From: Octopus vulgaris
Taxonomy: Eukaryota
NCBI GenBank assembly: GCA_951406725.2
Contig: OX597820.1
Coordinates: forward strand, 100,688,001-100,752,000
Length of the DNA stretch: 64,000 nucleotides
Direction: 5' to 3'
The translations under genes and the position numbers were made by a program. Below are positions 1 through 12,750 of this stretch, piece by piece (the first letter of the stretch is position 1; the number at the start of each line of letters is the position of its first letter). The notes under the pieces are model-generated. The model did no database searches. It was not told the origin of the DNA and saw only the letters and a program-made list of their open reading frames with translations.

Positions 1-38
1 ATTATTATTACAGACACACACAAACAAACACATGTAAA

Positions 39-365
39 GGTGTATGGCAGAGTGGTTAGAGTGTTGGGCTCACAATCATGAGGTAGTGAATTCAATTTCT
101 GGACCAGGCTATAAGTTGTGTTCTTGAGCAAGACACTTTATTTCACATTGCTCCAGTTTACTCAGCTGTAGAAATAAGTTGCAGCATCACTGGTGCCAAA
201 CTATATCGGCCTTTGCCTTTCCTTTGGATAACATCATTGGCATGGAAAGAAGAGGCTGGTATGCATGGGTGAGTTCTGGCCTTCCATAAACAACCTTGCC
301 TAGACTTGTATCTTGGTGGAGAACTTTCTAGGTGCAATCTCATGGTCATTCATGACTAAAGGGGG
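39..365 (+). mobile_element. tRNA-derived SINE (family E in this report), degenerate
   Basis: A-box/B-box-like head, then TTGAGCAAGACACTTTATTTCACATTGCTCCAG. Related copies at 57868-58100(+), 18720-19035(-), 32620-32775(-) and 33070-33820(-). Confidence 0.75.
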
Positions 366-572
366 TTTTCATTGTTTACATCATAAGAACTTATAAATTT
401 TGAGAGATGTGAAATAATTCTTTTAGGAACAGTGAAACTTGAAGCAGATAAAGCTCTAAACAATAGAATGTAAATGATGGGTTAAGAAACCTTTGTGGAG
501 AGAAAAAGTCAAAGGCTGTTTGTGGAACATGAACCACATCTCCTGTAAAGATGACAGACATGCTACATATAT

Positions 573-783
573 TGGTTCAAATTTTGGCACAAGGCTAACA
601 ATTTTGAGGGAATAGGTGAGTCAATTACATTAATCCCAGTGCCCAACTGGTACTTATTTTATTGACCATGAAAGAATAGAAGGCAAAATCAACCTTGGTG
701 GAATTTGAACGCAGAGCATATGGGTAGACGAAATGCTGCTAAGCATTTTGCCTGGTGTGCTAACAGTTCTGCCAGCTCACCAC
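573..783 (-). mobile_element. SINE family B (GAGCTGGCAGAA...TTTGCCTTTCATCC...AAGTACCAG)
   Basis: Reverse-complement match to copies at 12264-12468, 31716-31940 and 58117-58343. Confidence 0.75.
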
Positions 784-2130
784 TTTACATATTCAATATA
801 TATTACATATGACTTGTATGTAACATGGCTGAAATCATGGCCATTTGGTAAAGTTTGTTTCACAATCATGTGGTTCTAGGTTCAATCCCATTGGGAGCAT
901 TTCAGACATCTAGTATAACCTTGCATAGACAAAAATATAACATTATTTTTCTTGAACTTTCTATACTCTAAAAAACACACTGTTTCATTTTTTGCTCAGT
1001 TTACTATTAATGAATGTAAAAGAAAATCAGCCATACAAACTTATCAGATGTACAAACTTATCTATATAAACATTTTTCAATTTTCTTATCTAAATTTCTT
1101 AAATCAACACATAGTTAAGGTTGATAAATATATTTCTTAGAAAATATTTATGTTACACTTTATGTCAAAAGTCCACTTCTCAAATAATTATACATATATA
1201 TTCAGAAATTTTCTTTCTTTTTGACCAAATTAAGAAGAGAAATATTCTATTCATAAAAAAAAAAAAAAAAAAAAAAAAAAACGTGTCTTTCCTGTTAGCA
1301 TTAATCAAAATGTTTATAAATTTTCACAATGTTATGAGAGTCATAAAGTTTTAATTATATTGATTTGTTTCACTTTGATACCAATCCATCTGAAACTATC
1401 TCTGATGTTAAGATACAAACTTACTAGTTAAAGTAATTAAAAATTAAAAATTTCATTGATACTTCCTGTTAATTTAAATTTCAAACAACATTTTAGAAAT
1501 GATAAAGTTATTTTATTAAATTCTTCATTATTTTCAAAATTAACAAAAAAAATAAACAAACAAAAAAAACAGACATTGTATTTTAGCAAAAATATAGTAC
1601 AAAAACGGTTAAGAAGAATCTTCTGAAGGAAAGGATTATGTTAACTTAATAATAATTGGATTTATTTTCAATCTCTGTTTTTACTGAAAATACACATGTC
1701 ACACAACATTCTAATATTTCAAATGAAGAATCTGAAGAGACATGTAGAAAAAAGTGAAACCTTTGTAAAGAATCAAATAAAGATTGCAGGACATAAAGAC
1801 AATAATGGTGCCAACAACATGGAATAGTCACATCCAGTACATTGCAAATCTGGATTCGTTGTTAATCTTCTAGAGGTCTCACAGTATATTTTGGGTACCA
1901 TTACATGCACGATTCTTCCATTATGATGTGGTTTTTGTTATTAGTAAACACATTAATTGTTGCTTTATTGACATTTAGGCCTTAAACTATAGATCATTCT
2001 TTCAGGACTGTTTGATTGATTTCCAGGAAATCGTAAATGTGATAAATTCACAAACAACTATTTATTTAAAAAATTAAAAGGAAAATTCACTAGCTCTTTC
2101 ATATTTAGAAACCCAAAAGATAATACTTGC

Positions 2131-2273
2131 CTTCTTTATAATCTTCTTGACAATGGGAGCATCAGGAGCATAAGGTATAACCCCTAACATGACAGATTTT
2201 ATCACATTTTTCCATAAAAAGCGAGCTAAGGGATTATCCTCAAGAGATTTCATAACATCTTTATAGAAATCAG
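2131..2273 (-). CDS. ABCA1: ABCA1-like coding exon 9 (SDFYKDVMKSLEDNPLARFLWKNVIKSVMLGVIPYAPDAPIVKKIIKK)
   Basis: atttcag|CT acceptor. Clear similarity to ABCA1 [38 protein letters not shown]. Ends AAG|GCAAGT (GC donor), phase 0. Confidence 0.92.
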
Positions 2274-3502
2274 CTGAAATAGAATTATACATTGAGATAA
2301 CATTTTCAAATCAAATAAATTTTCAACTAATTAAGACATATTTTAGAGAAAATTTTGAAATTTCTCTAGATTTGTACTTATAACCAATAAAAGTCTCTTG
2401 TTTGTAATAATTATTTCTTTTGCTAAGTATAGTCAAATAAAATTATTATTAGTCAAAGTTTTAAAGGAGAGAGAGTATAACTTAGATAATTTAGATTGGT
2501 TTTGGCCATTATTGGCCCAGGCCATGACTAACTCACAACAGATTTGATTCAAGTCTTGGACATAAGGAGAGAAAGTTCTTCTCTGCATAGATTTAATTTC
2601 AGAATGATTAATTGTAATTGTAATTATGAACATGTAAGAGGTCAAAATGGTGAAAAATATAATGCTTTATAGTATTTAATCTGAATACCAAACAAAATAC
2701 AATAAAAACATCTATTCTATAATTATATTCTTTTCACTATCTTCATGACTTCTCTTTTGCAATATCAGAAATGTTTCTTATAGTTTGCACAATACAAAAC
2801 CGTAAATTATAACAGCAAATTAAAATGAGTAACAATTCTTTTGTTTACTTCAATATTGAAAAAAGTCTTGTAAAGATAAAAGAATATTTTCACAAGTAAT
2901 TATTACATGTTTTAAAACAGATTAGATTTAATAAATCAATATGCATAAGTAAAAGTATGTGTGTGTGTGTGTGTGTGCATGCATATATTGCTTTTCCTTC
3001 AGTATAATTTATATTTCATATTTTTATAGGTAAGATATTATTTGAAATCCTTGATAATGCAAAAGATTTTGAGTCAATAATGATTTTTTTCAACAAACTG
3101 AAAGCGAAAACCTTTATCTGCAATGGACTGAACCGATTCCACTTTGCAACTTATAGCATTAAAATGGATCAAGAGTAAAAACAACCTTGGTAAGAGATTT
3201 GATTTCAGAACGGATGTAAAAATCTAAATATTGACCCCACCCAAATCAGAATGGAATAAGGATGCTAAATAATAATAATGATGATGAAATATGCTCAACA
3301 AAATTGAAAATATGTAGGAGGACAAGACTACATAATGTGAAGCAACTATGCCTAGTTATTCTATTGTTTCTATGAATCCTTTCCTATTTAATCAACATTT
3401 CTATTAAAAAATTAATGAAACACGACAAGAGAAAAAAACCCTAAAAAGTAAATATGTTTCTCTAATAAGAATGTCATAGCAAAGTAATGTTACTTTACTT
3501 AC

Positions 3503-3776
3503 ATACTGTATCATCCAGTTCATCTAAATTCTTTTCCACAGATGGCCGGCTCCTGTAATCCTGCAACCTTTGTGCTATTTTTGACTGCTGGTAGCCAGAA
3601 AACTCTACAGAAGTATTTCGACCACAGAATATGTTACTAATGCTGTTAAGAATAGCAGTAGAATTAACAGAACCATTTGTAAAAGACTGTGGATTAAAAT
3701 TCCTCATTTGATCACTTATGTCATTCCAATTGGTAAAAACTTTTCCTAAATATTCCATCTTCTGAATACTCTTCCA
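3503..3776 (-). CDS. ABCA1: ABCA1-like coding exon 8 (WKSIQKMEYLGKVFTNWNDISDQM...SNIFCGR...DDTV)
   Basis: tctttctcag| acceptor and T|GTAAGT donor; 274 nt, phase 0 to 1. S-x-I-x-C-G corresponds to ABCA1 SRIVCGH. Confidence 0.9.
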
Positions 3777-4319
3777 CTGAGAAAGAAAAATAGAATGATA
3801 TGATGCAATTAAACTTTATTTCATCTGAAATGAAATGGTTTATCTCAAAGAATTTAAAATTAAGAATATGTAAAATAGTAATAGATAACAGGGACACAAC
3901 AGTAACTTTAAACTCACTCATACCATTATCATACTTTTATTTACTCATAAACATATAAAGGTTGCGCGTGCGCATGCATTTCTGTTTCCCCAAGCATTTT
4001 GGATTAAAGAAAGGAAAACTGTCTATTCAGCAGAGTAAAACTCACAGCTCTCCAAATAGAATCCAGTGGAAACTATGAACTCAATACTGGAAATTAAAAA
4101 GAACAATTATCAGATTTACAATGGTCCGGCATTGAACTAGACCAGGTATATGTTACATATTCTGGTTATGGGGTCAGCACATCTACAAAATATAGACCTA
4201 CCAGATGGTTGTTCATTGTCAAATTAACTTAGCCAACTGCAGCATTCAGATGTTTAAAGATAATAAAAACAGAAATTTAATTTGTACTTTTTTCTTCTAA
4301 TTTTCTAAATATTTATTTG

Positions 4320-4866
4320 CTGTGTATCGAACCAAATTCGGTGACTGGCACCCATGCCAACCTCCCTTCATTGGACACTAAACTCTGCTTACGAAGACCT
4401 GCTGGGGCAAGTGAAATCAAAATTGAACCAAATTTGATGGCTGGCACCCGTGCCAGTGGATCACTAACAGCTCCATCCGAGCGGTAACACTGCCAGAGCA
4501 GCTGTCTGGCTTCTGCGCACCATTTGAGCATGATCATTACCAGCATCACCTTACTGGCACGTGAACAAAACATTCGAGCGAGGTCATTGCCAGTGCTGCT
4601 AGACTGACTCCTAAGCAGGTGGCACGTAAAAAACACCATTTCGAGCATGACCATTGCCAGTACTACCAGACTGGCCCTCGGGTCAGTGACACGTAAAAGC
4701 ACCCACTACACTATCGGAGTGGTTGGCATTAGAAAGGGCATCCAGCTGTAGAAACTCTGCCAGATCAGATTGGAGACTGGCGTAGCCATTAGGTTTGTCA
4801 GTTCTCACTCAAATCGTCCAACCCATGCCAGCATGGAAAGTGGACGTTAAATGAATGAATGATGAT
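4320..4866 (+). mobile_element. (GAT)n-tailed SINE-like retroposon (family C) with internal ~62-bp tandem units
   Basis: GGTTGGCATTAGAAAGGGCATCCAGCTGTAGAAAC core and CCCATGCCAGCATGGAAA..GGACGTTAAA(TGA)n tail. Many copies in the window. Confidence 0.8.
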
Positions 4867-5058
4867 GGGAGAAAGGAATGAATAATAAAATCTGGTTTCT
4901 CAGATACAGTACTAAGATGTTATACTGAAGTTTATTCTAATAATTAAGAATGTAAAATATATATTATGGAAAATTATAATTAATGTAAATGTAAATTCAT
5001 TATAAATAAAGAAAAAGAACATTTTTTTATATGCTGAATAGTGATAAATTCAACTTAC

Positions 5059-5142
5059 AAAATCTTCAATTAGGACCAAATTCCGCACCAAACCTTTCAA
5101 GTCTAAGGTCTGATGAGTATTTTGCTTTGCATATTTCTCAAA
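5059..5142 (-). CDS. ABCA1: ABCA1-like coding exon 7 (FEKYAKQNTHQTLDLKGLVRNLVLIEDF)
   Basis: tatttcag| acceptor and TTT|GTAAGT donor; 84 nt, phase 0 to 0. Confidence 0.8.
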
Positions 5143-5262
5143 CTGAAATACAAAATTGTGCACCATATTCAACATAATCATGTTCATAAGCAAATAAACA
5201 GAAACTGTTGTAAACATAATGATTTTTAAAGATGGTAGAGCACAGAAGAAAAAGAGACACAC

Positions 5263-6325
5263 TTACACACACACACATATATATACACATACATATATAC
5301 ACATACATATATACACACACATATATACACACACATATATACACATACATATATACACATACATATATACACACACATATATACACATACATATATACAC
5401 ATACATATATACACATACATATATACACATACATATATACACATACATATATACACATACATATATACACATACATATATACACACACATATATACACAC
5501 ACATATATACACATACATATATACACATACATATATACACATACATATATACACATACATATATACACACACACATATATACACACATATACACATACAT
5601 ATATATACATACATATATACACATACATATATACACATACATATATACACACACATATACACATACATATATACACATACATATATACACATACATATAT
5701 ACACATACATATATACACACATATATACACATACATATATACACACACATATACACATACATATATACACATACATATATACACACACATATATACACAC
5801 ACATATATACACACACATATATACACACACATATATATACACATACATATATACACATACATATATACACATACATATATACACATACATATATACACAC
5901 ACATATATACACACACATATACACATACATATATACACATACATATATACACACACATATATACACACACATATATATACACATACATATATACACATAC
6001 ATATATACACATACATATATACACATACATATATACACATACATATATACACATACATATATACACATACATATATACACACACATATATACACATACAT
6101 ATATACACATACATATATACACACACATATACACATACATATATACACATACATATATACACATACATATATACACATACATATATACACATACATATAT
6201 ACACATACATATATACACACACATATATACACATACATATATACACATACATATATACACACACATATATACACATACATATATACACATAAATACACAT
6301 ACATATATACACATACATATATACA
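5263..6325. repeat. ~1.06-kb compound micro/minisatellite, 14-bp unit ACATACATATATAC
   Basis: Read directly from the sequence. It generates the spurious 350-390 aa Y/T/H/I and C/V/Y/M ORFs. Confidence 0.97.
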
Positions 6326-6559
6326 AATCGAAAATTCAAAGTAACAAATAACAAAACAACAAAAGTGAAAAGGATGTACACATGGAATGTATTAGCTTCA
6401 CACATAGTATAAGATGGGAAAAAAAGTGGGTGTATAATGTTTCAAGAATGGCTTTTTGTCAGAAAGAGGAAAGAGGAAAGGCCCGGAGAAGGAAAAAATA
6501 GTCCAAGAAAAGCACATGTGGTTACATGACTGAAGTATCATAACGTAACATACATACAT

Positions 6560-6624
<65 letters not shown>

Positions 6625-7431
6625 ATGATGACTGTCTCGTCTTGTCAGATGATATCCATCTCACATTCAGCCTGTTTGATCAGATTTACTTTCTCGTGCA
6701 TGGATATAACTTTTCACACCATAGAACTTTATAGAATACAAAACAGATCAAGAAATGAAATGATAGCGAGACATTTTTATGTCATTGGATTTAAGTGATG
6801 AAAACTAGTACAACACTTTTGCCAGTGTCTCAGTCGCCATAAGAGAATCCAGTGACAAGCATTGCAAGACAACTGGTACTATTTCGACAGCAAGTTTTGT
6901 CAGAGCATCTTTCTCTTAGAAGAGTTGCCTTTCCCATAGCTTTGTCAAAAATAACAGGAGCTCCTTCTACCCTTGGAAAATCTATTTAACATATATAAGA
7001 GAGTTTAACAGGTACAACCATTCCAAGTCACAACAGACCTAGGAGGAATAGTAATGAAGTGGTGACTCAGTGCTGAGCACAACTCCAGAACTCCCATACT
7101 GGAGCCTCACCACAAAATGCAGTTTTATGCCAGACCCATATACTATATATATATATGCAAGTGTGTATATAATATGCCATTTCTATGTGATATTTAAATA
7201 CCATTTGTGTGAAGCTTTTTCTGGTCAGGCACATCACAGTGCTTAGTCATCATAAAATACCTTCAAGATTTCTAGCCATTGGTTTAAACATTCCTTATGT
7301 GAGAACAAAATGGAGATAAATCACACTTCAGCATTGCTGGTGTCCTCTTCTGAGTTTTTCAGTTCTATCTTTTGGTTCCAGCAATGCATCATATTACAGT
7401 GTACAGTTCAATGTAAAAGGTACAGAAAAGG

Positions 7432-8718
7432 GAATCATTCAAGAATATAGGTTTGAGCATTAATTAGTCCAAGACTGGAATTGCTGTAGATCAAAATTTA
7501 TCCATATCTCATTCTTGAAATAAAGAAAAGAAGGTCTCTGAAGAAAAATTATGAATGAAGTAGAGATGAGAATTCTGAATTAAAAAGTCTTGCAAATGAG
7601 ATGTTGATTTCTACTGAAACTCATCTTGACATATAATTTGATGCCTATAGAATGAGCAGTACTGGGAAGTCTTAAAATCCTTAATTATTTTTAAATTGTC
7701 TATATCTGGTTCATATATTCTAATTGTTTTATGTTCAAACTGGTCAGATCCAGCGTCTCACACCTACCCTACAGTGTAATTTCAAAAATCAAAATCATAT
7801 CATTAAAATTTCAAAGCTATAAGATAATGCATGATAAATTCAAAACAATGAGAATAAATAAGCATTGCACTGGACAGAGTATTCTGAATGTTAAAAGTTA
7901 AACACTAATGAACACTATGTCCCCAAAACTGTTGTCCAAAATGATGCTAAAAACAGAATAAATACTAACAGTAGTAATTGGTAGTGTTTTTCAGAATCTC
8001 AGAGGAAGCTGCTGCTTCAGTTAAACAAACTGTGATCTATTTTCTGAACTTTCTTTGTTGATACTCATTTCTTTTATTCTAACCGCATACATTTTTAAAC
8101 AACAATCACTAACATGGTTCGATAATTGTTATATTTGTAGAGTACTTCAGGTATACAAATGCAACATCACCAGTACCAAAGCTGCTACTACGACACCAAC
8201 TTCAGCTTTTTCACTGAATGTAAGAGTCACTAATAATGAACCCTTGTTACATTATCCATTTTTATGATGAAAACATCGGAGCTATCTAGTTCTTACTGTC
8301 TTCAACAAATATGAGAAAACCACTTTTTGAAAATCCATTTTCCAAGCTGGCATAAATAGCAACAGAACAATAAATAATGTTCAGATCTGAAGGTTTTCTC
8401 AGCTTTCAAAATTATATAGAGTCCTTAGATTTTTATGCTGGATTATTATCTTCAACCAGGATCTTCGTTCGAGGATTGCTTCCCAGTACTGCTCATTCTA
8501 TAGGCATCAAATTATATGTCAAGATGAGTTTCAGTAGAAACTGACATCTCATTTGCAAGACTTTTTAATTCAGAATTCTCATCTCTACTTCATTCATAAT
8601 TTTTCTTCAGAGACCTTCTTTTTTTTATTTCAAGAATGAGATATGGATAAATTCTGATCTACAGCAATTCCAGTCTTGGACTAATTAATGCTCAAACCAA
8701 TATATTCTTGAATGATTC
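7432..8718. repeat. Long inverted repeat: arms 7432-7669 and 8479-8718 (~238 bp, near-identical), spacer ~810 bp
   Basis: GAATCATTCAAGAATATA...GTACTGGGAAG is the reverse complement of CTTCCCAGTAC...TATTCTTGAATGATTC, with few mismatches. Confidence 0.92.
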
Positions 8719-9464
8719 ACTTTCATGATATCCTACTTAAACTTCTTTTTCACTACTGCAAACACATCGTCAATTACTTAAACAGATACAAAATCAATCA
8801 TGTACATGCATCAGAATACCAATCAAGTTCCTATTTGCATCATGCTAGAGAAATAAAGTATTGTCACAAACATTCAATTTATTCGGTACTTGATGGCTCT
8901 TTTGTAACATGGGTAAGACGCACCATTTAACTTGCAGAGATATCTCTTCAGCTTCCAAACATGCAATTTTGGATAAATATCAGAAAGTGACTTAATCATT
9001 TGCCAGTGTGTAAAATATTTTTGTAAGTTTGTCTTAAATGTTTATGTAATTTTCCAATTTTTACTTAGCCTTTGTTTCGCACATTCTGTGTAATATAAGG
9101 CTTTCTTTTCAAAAGTCCCAAGTTACTCTGGTTATTAAAGAAAAATTTAGGAATGTGTATCATGTATGATGCATGAACACCAGAGAAATATGTCTTGTAT
9201 ATCCCATGGGATACTCGGGACAAGTAATGGGTTAAAGGAATTCACTTGCATCAGTATCGTGTTGTGTGAAAATAGGGAAAGGAAATCAAGAGTCTGCATA
9301 CACTAATCATAATATTACAACTGCATAGGTTTTTAGACATTTTATGAATTTTATTTTAAGATCACCTGAATTTTCCTCATAATCTCATGCATCAACACAG
9401 ACCTTCATCTCCCCCATGAATAAAAGGAAATGAAATTCTTCTGGCTTAATTTTAATTTACTTAC

Positions 9465-9743
9465 TTCTTCAATAAAAGATATCCAGCTGAAATTATCTTG
9501 AAAATCTTTAACTAACATTAATGCCTGCTTTTGAGTAAGGTTCTGACATAACTCTTTCTGAACTTGAATTGCAGCTGAAGGATCTTGAAAAGTTAATATG
9601 TTTGTTAACATGCTTCCATTACAAATGGAATTATAAATCATCTGGACATTGCTTGGATTTTGTAGAATGCCGGCCCTTTGGGTCAAAACATTCTGGACAT
9701 CATTCATCCATTTAACTGTTCCAATATCTTCTCTGTCAGAAAT
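9465..9743 (-). CDS. ABCA1: ABCA1-like coding exon 6 (ISDREDIGTVKW...NSICNGSMLTNIL...ELCQNL...FSWISFIEE)
   Basis: ttgcag| acceptor and GAA|GTAAGT donor; 279 nt, phase 0 to 0. Carries a C...LC cysteine pair as in ABCA extracellular domain 1. Confidence 0.88.
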
Positions 9744-9984
9744 CTGCAAGCAAAGAAAAAAAAAACAAAAAAATACTTATTTGGTCCTCTTTAAAAACAT
9801 ACAGCATTCTAGAGTCAAGTTTCTGCAGGTATACACATTCATAGATGGCTCAGTAATTCATTAAATAATTTCTGATCATTTGTAGTGGAATTTTTCCTTA
9901 AACCTTTCACTTGCACTTTTATTTCTTGTCTTATATGTTAAATTGTTGAACAATTCTTAATTTATTAACTAGACAACTGGATTT

Positions 9985-10210
9985 TATTTTTATGATGGAA
10001 ACTTTGGGTTAGAATCACAACTGGAAGGAGACCTAGGAGTAGACTAAGAACAAGGTGTTGGATAATAACCAGTCTCAGTTAGTCATGCTTGAAAATTCAA
10101 CCAGAAAGTCTACTGATGGTTGCTTCTCATAGAACCCTATGGACGAAGAGCTTGAGGACTCTACTCCCACAACCCTCCCAAGAATAGTGGATGGAGAGGA
10201 TGGATAGATG
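9985..10210 (+). mobile_element. RTE-clade LINE 3' fragment
   Basis: Degenerate GRRPRSRLRTRCW (the G-x-R-x-R-G-R-P-R-x-R-W motif) followed by a ...CCCACAACCC...(GATG)n-type tail. Confidence 0.55.
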
Positions 10211-11899
10211 TACATTCAGGTAAAGGTCTTAAATTTGTGAAGAATAAGGCACTGTTATGCCTTTCTCAGTGATATTACTAACATAGTTACTACTGGGAAT
10301 CAAATTTCAGTGAGACTTAACTTGCTAGGAGTTTACTTCTCTCTACAGTTCTTGGCACAGTTTCTGGTTATGAAGTAATTAACAAACATTGTCTTTAGTA
10401 GAAATTAAAGGCAGCAAACAGGCAGAGTTTTATGGTATTGGAAGAACATGTGTGGCACTTGTTCTAATTCACTGCATCTTGAGTTCAAATCTTGTCAAGA
10501 TCAACTATGCCTTTCATCTTTTCAGGCTCAATAAAAGAAATAATACTATCAATCTACAGTGGCAAATTGACAGAACTGTTAAAGGGTCAGGTGAGATGCT
10601 TGTCAGTATCTGCTCCAGTTCTTTGCATTCTGACTGCAACACCTTCAATGACTCTGGTGCCAAACTATATTGGTCCAAGTTGGTGGGCTTTCTTATGAAT
10701 AAACATGGGTGATGTGGAGAGGGGAGACTTGCATGCATTGGCAACTACTTATCTTCCTCAAAAAATCTTACACAGGCCTACACATCATATGCAGATGTAT
10801 AACCAATACTGACCCTACATTAGAAATTAAGTCTTAGAGTTACAAGAGAAGATAACTTTTGCAATTGGATTAGTCACTGTTTCATGTTGGTGAAGCTTTC
10901 ACTATTTATTATCATTTATCTATTTTATTCTATACTTTTTCTTTTTTTTTTCCACTAAACAACTTTTAACTTCATGCACCAAATCTGAAAACTTACTTTT
11001 GGGAAAATACAATTGCTTTGTGTTGCTTTATTATAAACTATAAAATGTAACATTAATGCTGTTCCAGTGGGAATCAGTGCAATAAGCAGATACTAACAGA
11101 CAAATAAAACTGAGTTTCTGATTCCATTTGCCAAAATATAAGCATCACCACAGATAATTGGCTCCATATCATAAGTAATGTTCAGTTTTATTCCATTGAA
11201 TTATGCTCATTTTAGGCTCACTTTGCCACAGTCTGAATTGATCCACTATCCTCTGTGTGCAATTATCTTCAGTATTGCATTAATGAACTTGAAAGCTGAG
11301 ATTTTTTTTTTTTTTACAATATTTCTTTTTCATAACTCTATTAATATTTTCCACATACAAACGTTATGTTTTATGAGCATACTAATTGCAATGATAATAA
11401 TTAAACTGCAATACTTTAATTATAGCTTTTATCTTGCTATTCTTATTCTGAAAAGTTAATTACTCCCAACTCCATAATAAGAAACATTTATTATTCCTTG
11501 TACATTGGAAAGAATACTGTTATTATTCAGTTATATCGTTATAGATACATGTTATTTTGCTAATAAGACTATTTCAGCAAAAAATATGCAATAGCTTGTC
11601 TTTTCTAAATATTGTCTAACGTTCTTGAAAATTTAAATTTCATGAGGTGAGAAATTTTAGTCTTTTTTTTATCAGTTACTTTGGAAATTATAAATTGGTA
11701 AGTTTGAAAACAGAAAGAAAAGACTAAATAAATATTACAACTGAAATCTAAAATCAAGCAAAACTAGAACTATTCATTGATTCATATTTGAACACCAGTC
11801 TTCACTGAATTCTAAGATAAGTTTTAATTTCAGCTTTAGTTTATGAAAACATTTGTTTTAATAGTTTCTTTTTTATCAATTTGGAATTACAAAAGGAAA

Positions 11900-12750
11900 A
11901 AAATAACACTGATCTTTTATTGATCCAAATAATTATTGTTGATATTATTTCATATATGCACAGTGATATAAAACATGTTCTAAGCAGATATATGGCAAAA
12001 ATATAATTGTTGTTGATATTTCACAAGCTCAGTGATGCAAACTATGTTTTAATACATATTTCATAAGCTCAGTGATATAAAGACACCTCAAAAGTAAATA
12101 GACACCTCTCATTATAATGTTTTCACCTTTTTGGACACTATTCATTAGTAGAATGCCCAAATGATGCCATTGAAAACAGCACAAGATATGTCTACTAAAT
12201 ACTACATTAGGTATTTAAATGCATCAAATGTCATTATTGCTTCTCAATATAAATCTTTAAATTAGGTGGTGAGCTGGCTGAATTGTTAGCATGCTGGGTG
12301 AAATGCTAAGCAGAATTCCATTTGTCCTTATATTCTGGGTTCAAATTCCACTGAGGTTGACTTTGCTTTTCATCCTATCGGGGTCAACAAAATAAGTACC
12401 AGTTGAGCACTGGGATCAATTTGGTTCCTCCCCAAAACTGCTGGCCTTGTGCCAAATTTGAAACTAATAAACCCTATAAAATAAAAAATAAGGTGGCCAC
12501 TCACTTTTGAGATATCTGTGTACAACACTTGTTTTAATCAGAATATATGAAGAAAGCATATTTATTCTTGATATTATTACATATGCACAGTCATATAAAA
12601 CATATATTTTAATAAGTTCTGTGATATAAAACATTTGTTTTAATCATATATATGAAGAAAACGTAATTATTACTGTTGATATCACTTCATAAACTAAGTG
12701 ATATATGACATTCGTTTTCATCAAATTTATGAAGAAAGTATCAGTATTTA
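11900..12750. repeat. Diverged ~60-70-bp AT-rich tandem repeats (..TGATATT..CAGTGATATAAAACA..) interrupted by a family B SINE at 12264-12468
   Basis: The motif cagtgatataaaaca and variants recur on both sides of the SINE. Confidence 0.6.

Noticed and set aside
1-2130. Next ABCA exon (equivalent to VNKTFQEL...)
   Set aside because: No convincing match with splice sites was found; it probably lies outside the window.
5138-6405. Five overlapping 357-388 aa ORFs
   Set aside because: They are translations of a stop-free 14-bp satellite. The same applies to ORFs at 19.6-20.1k, 25.0-25.5k, 54.0-54.6k, 58.5-59.0k, 61.9-62.2k and 63.6-63.8k.
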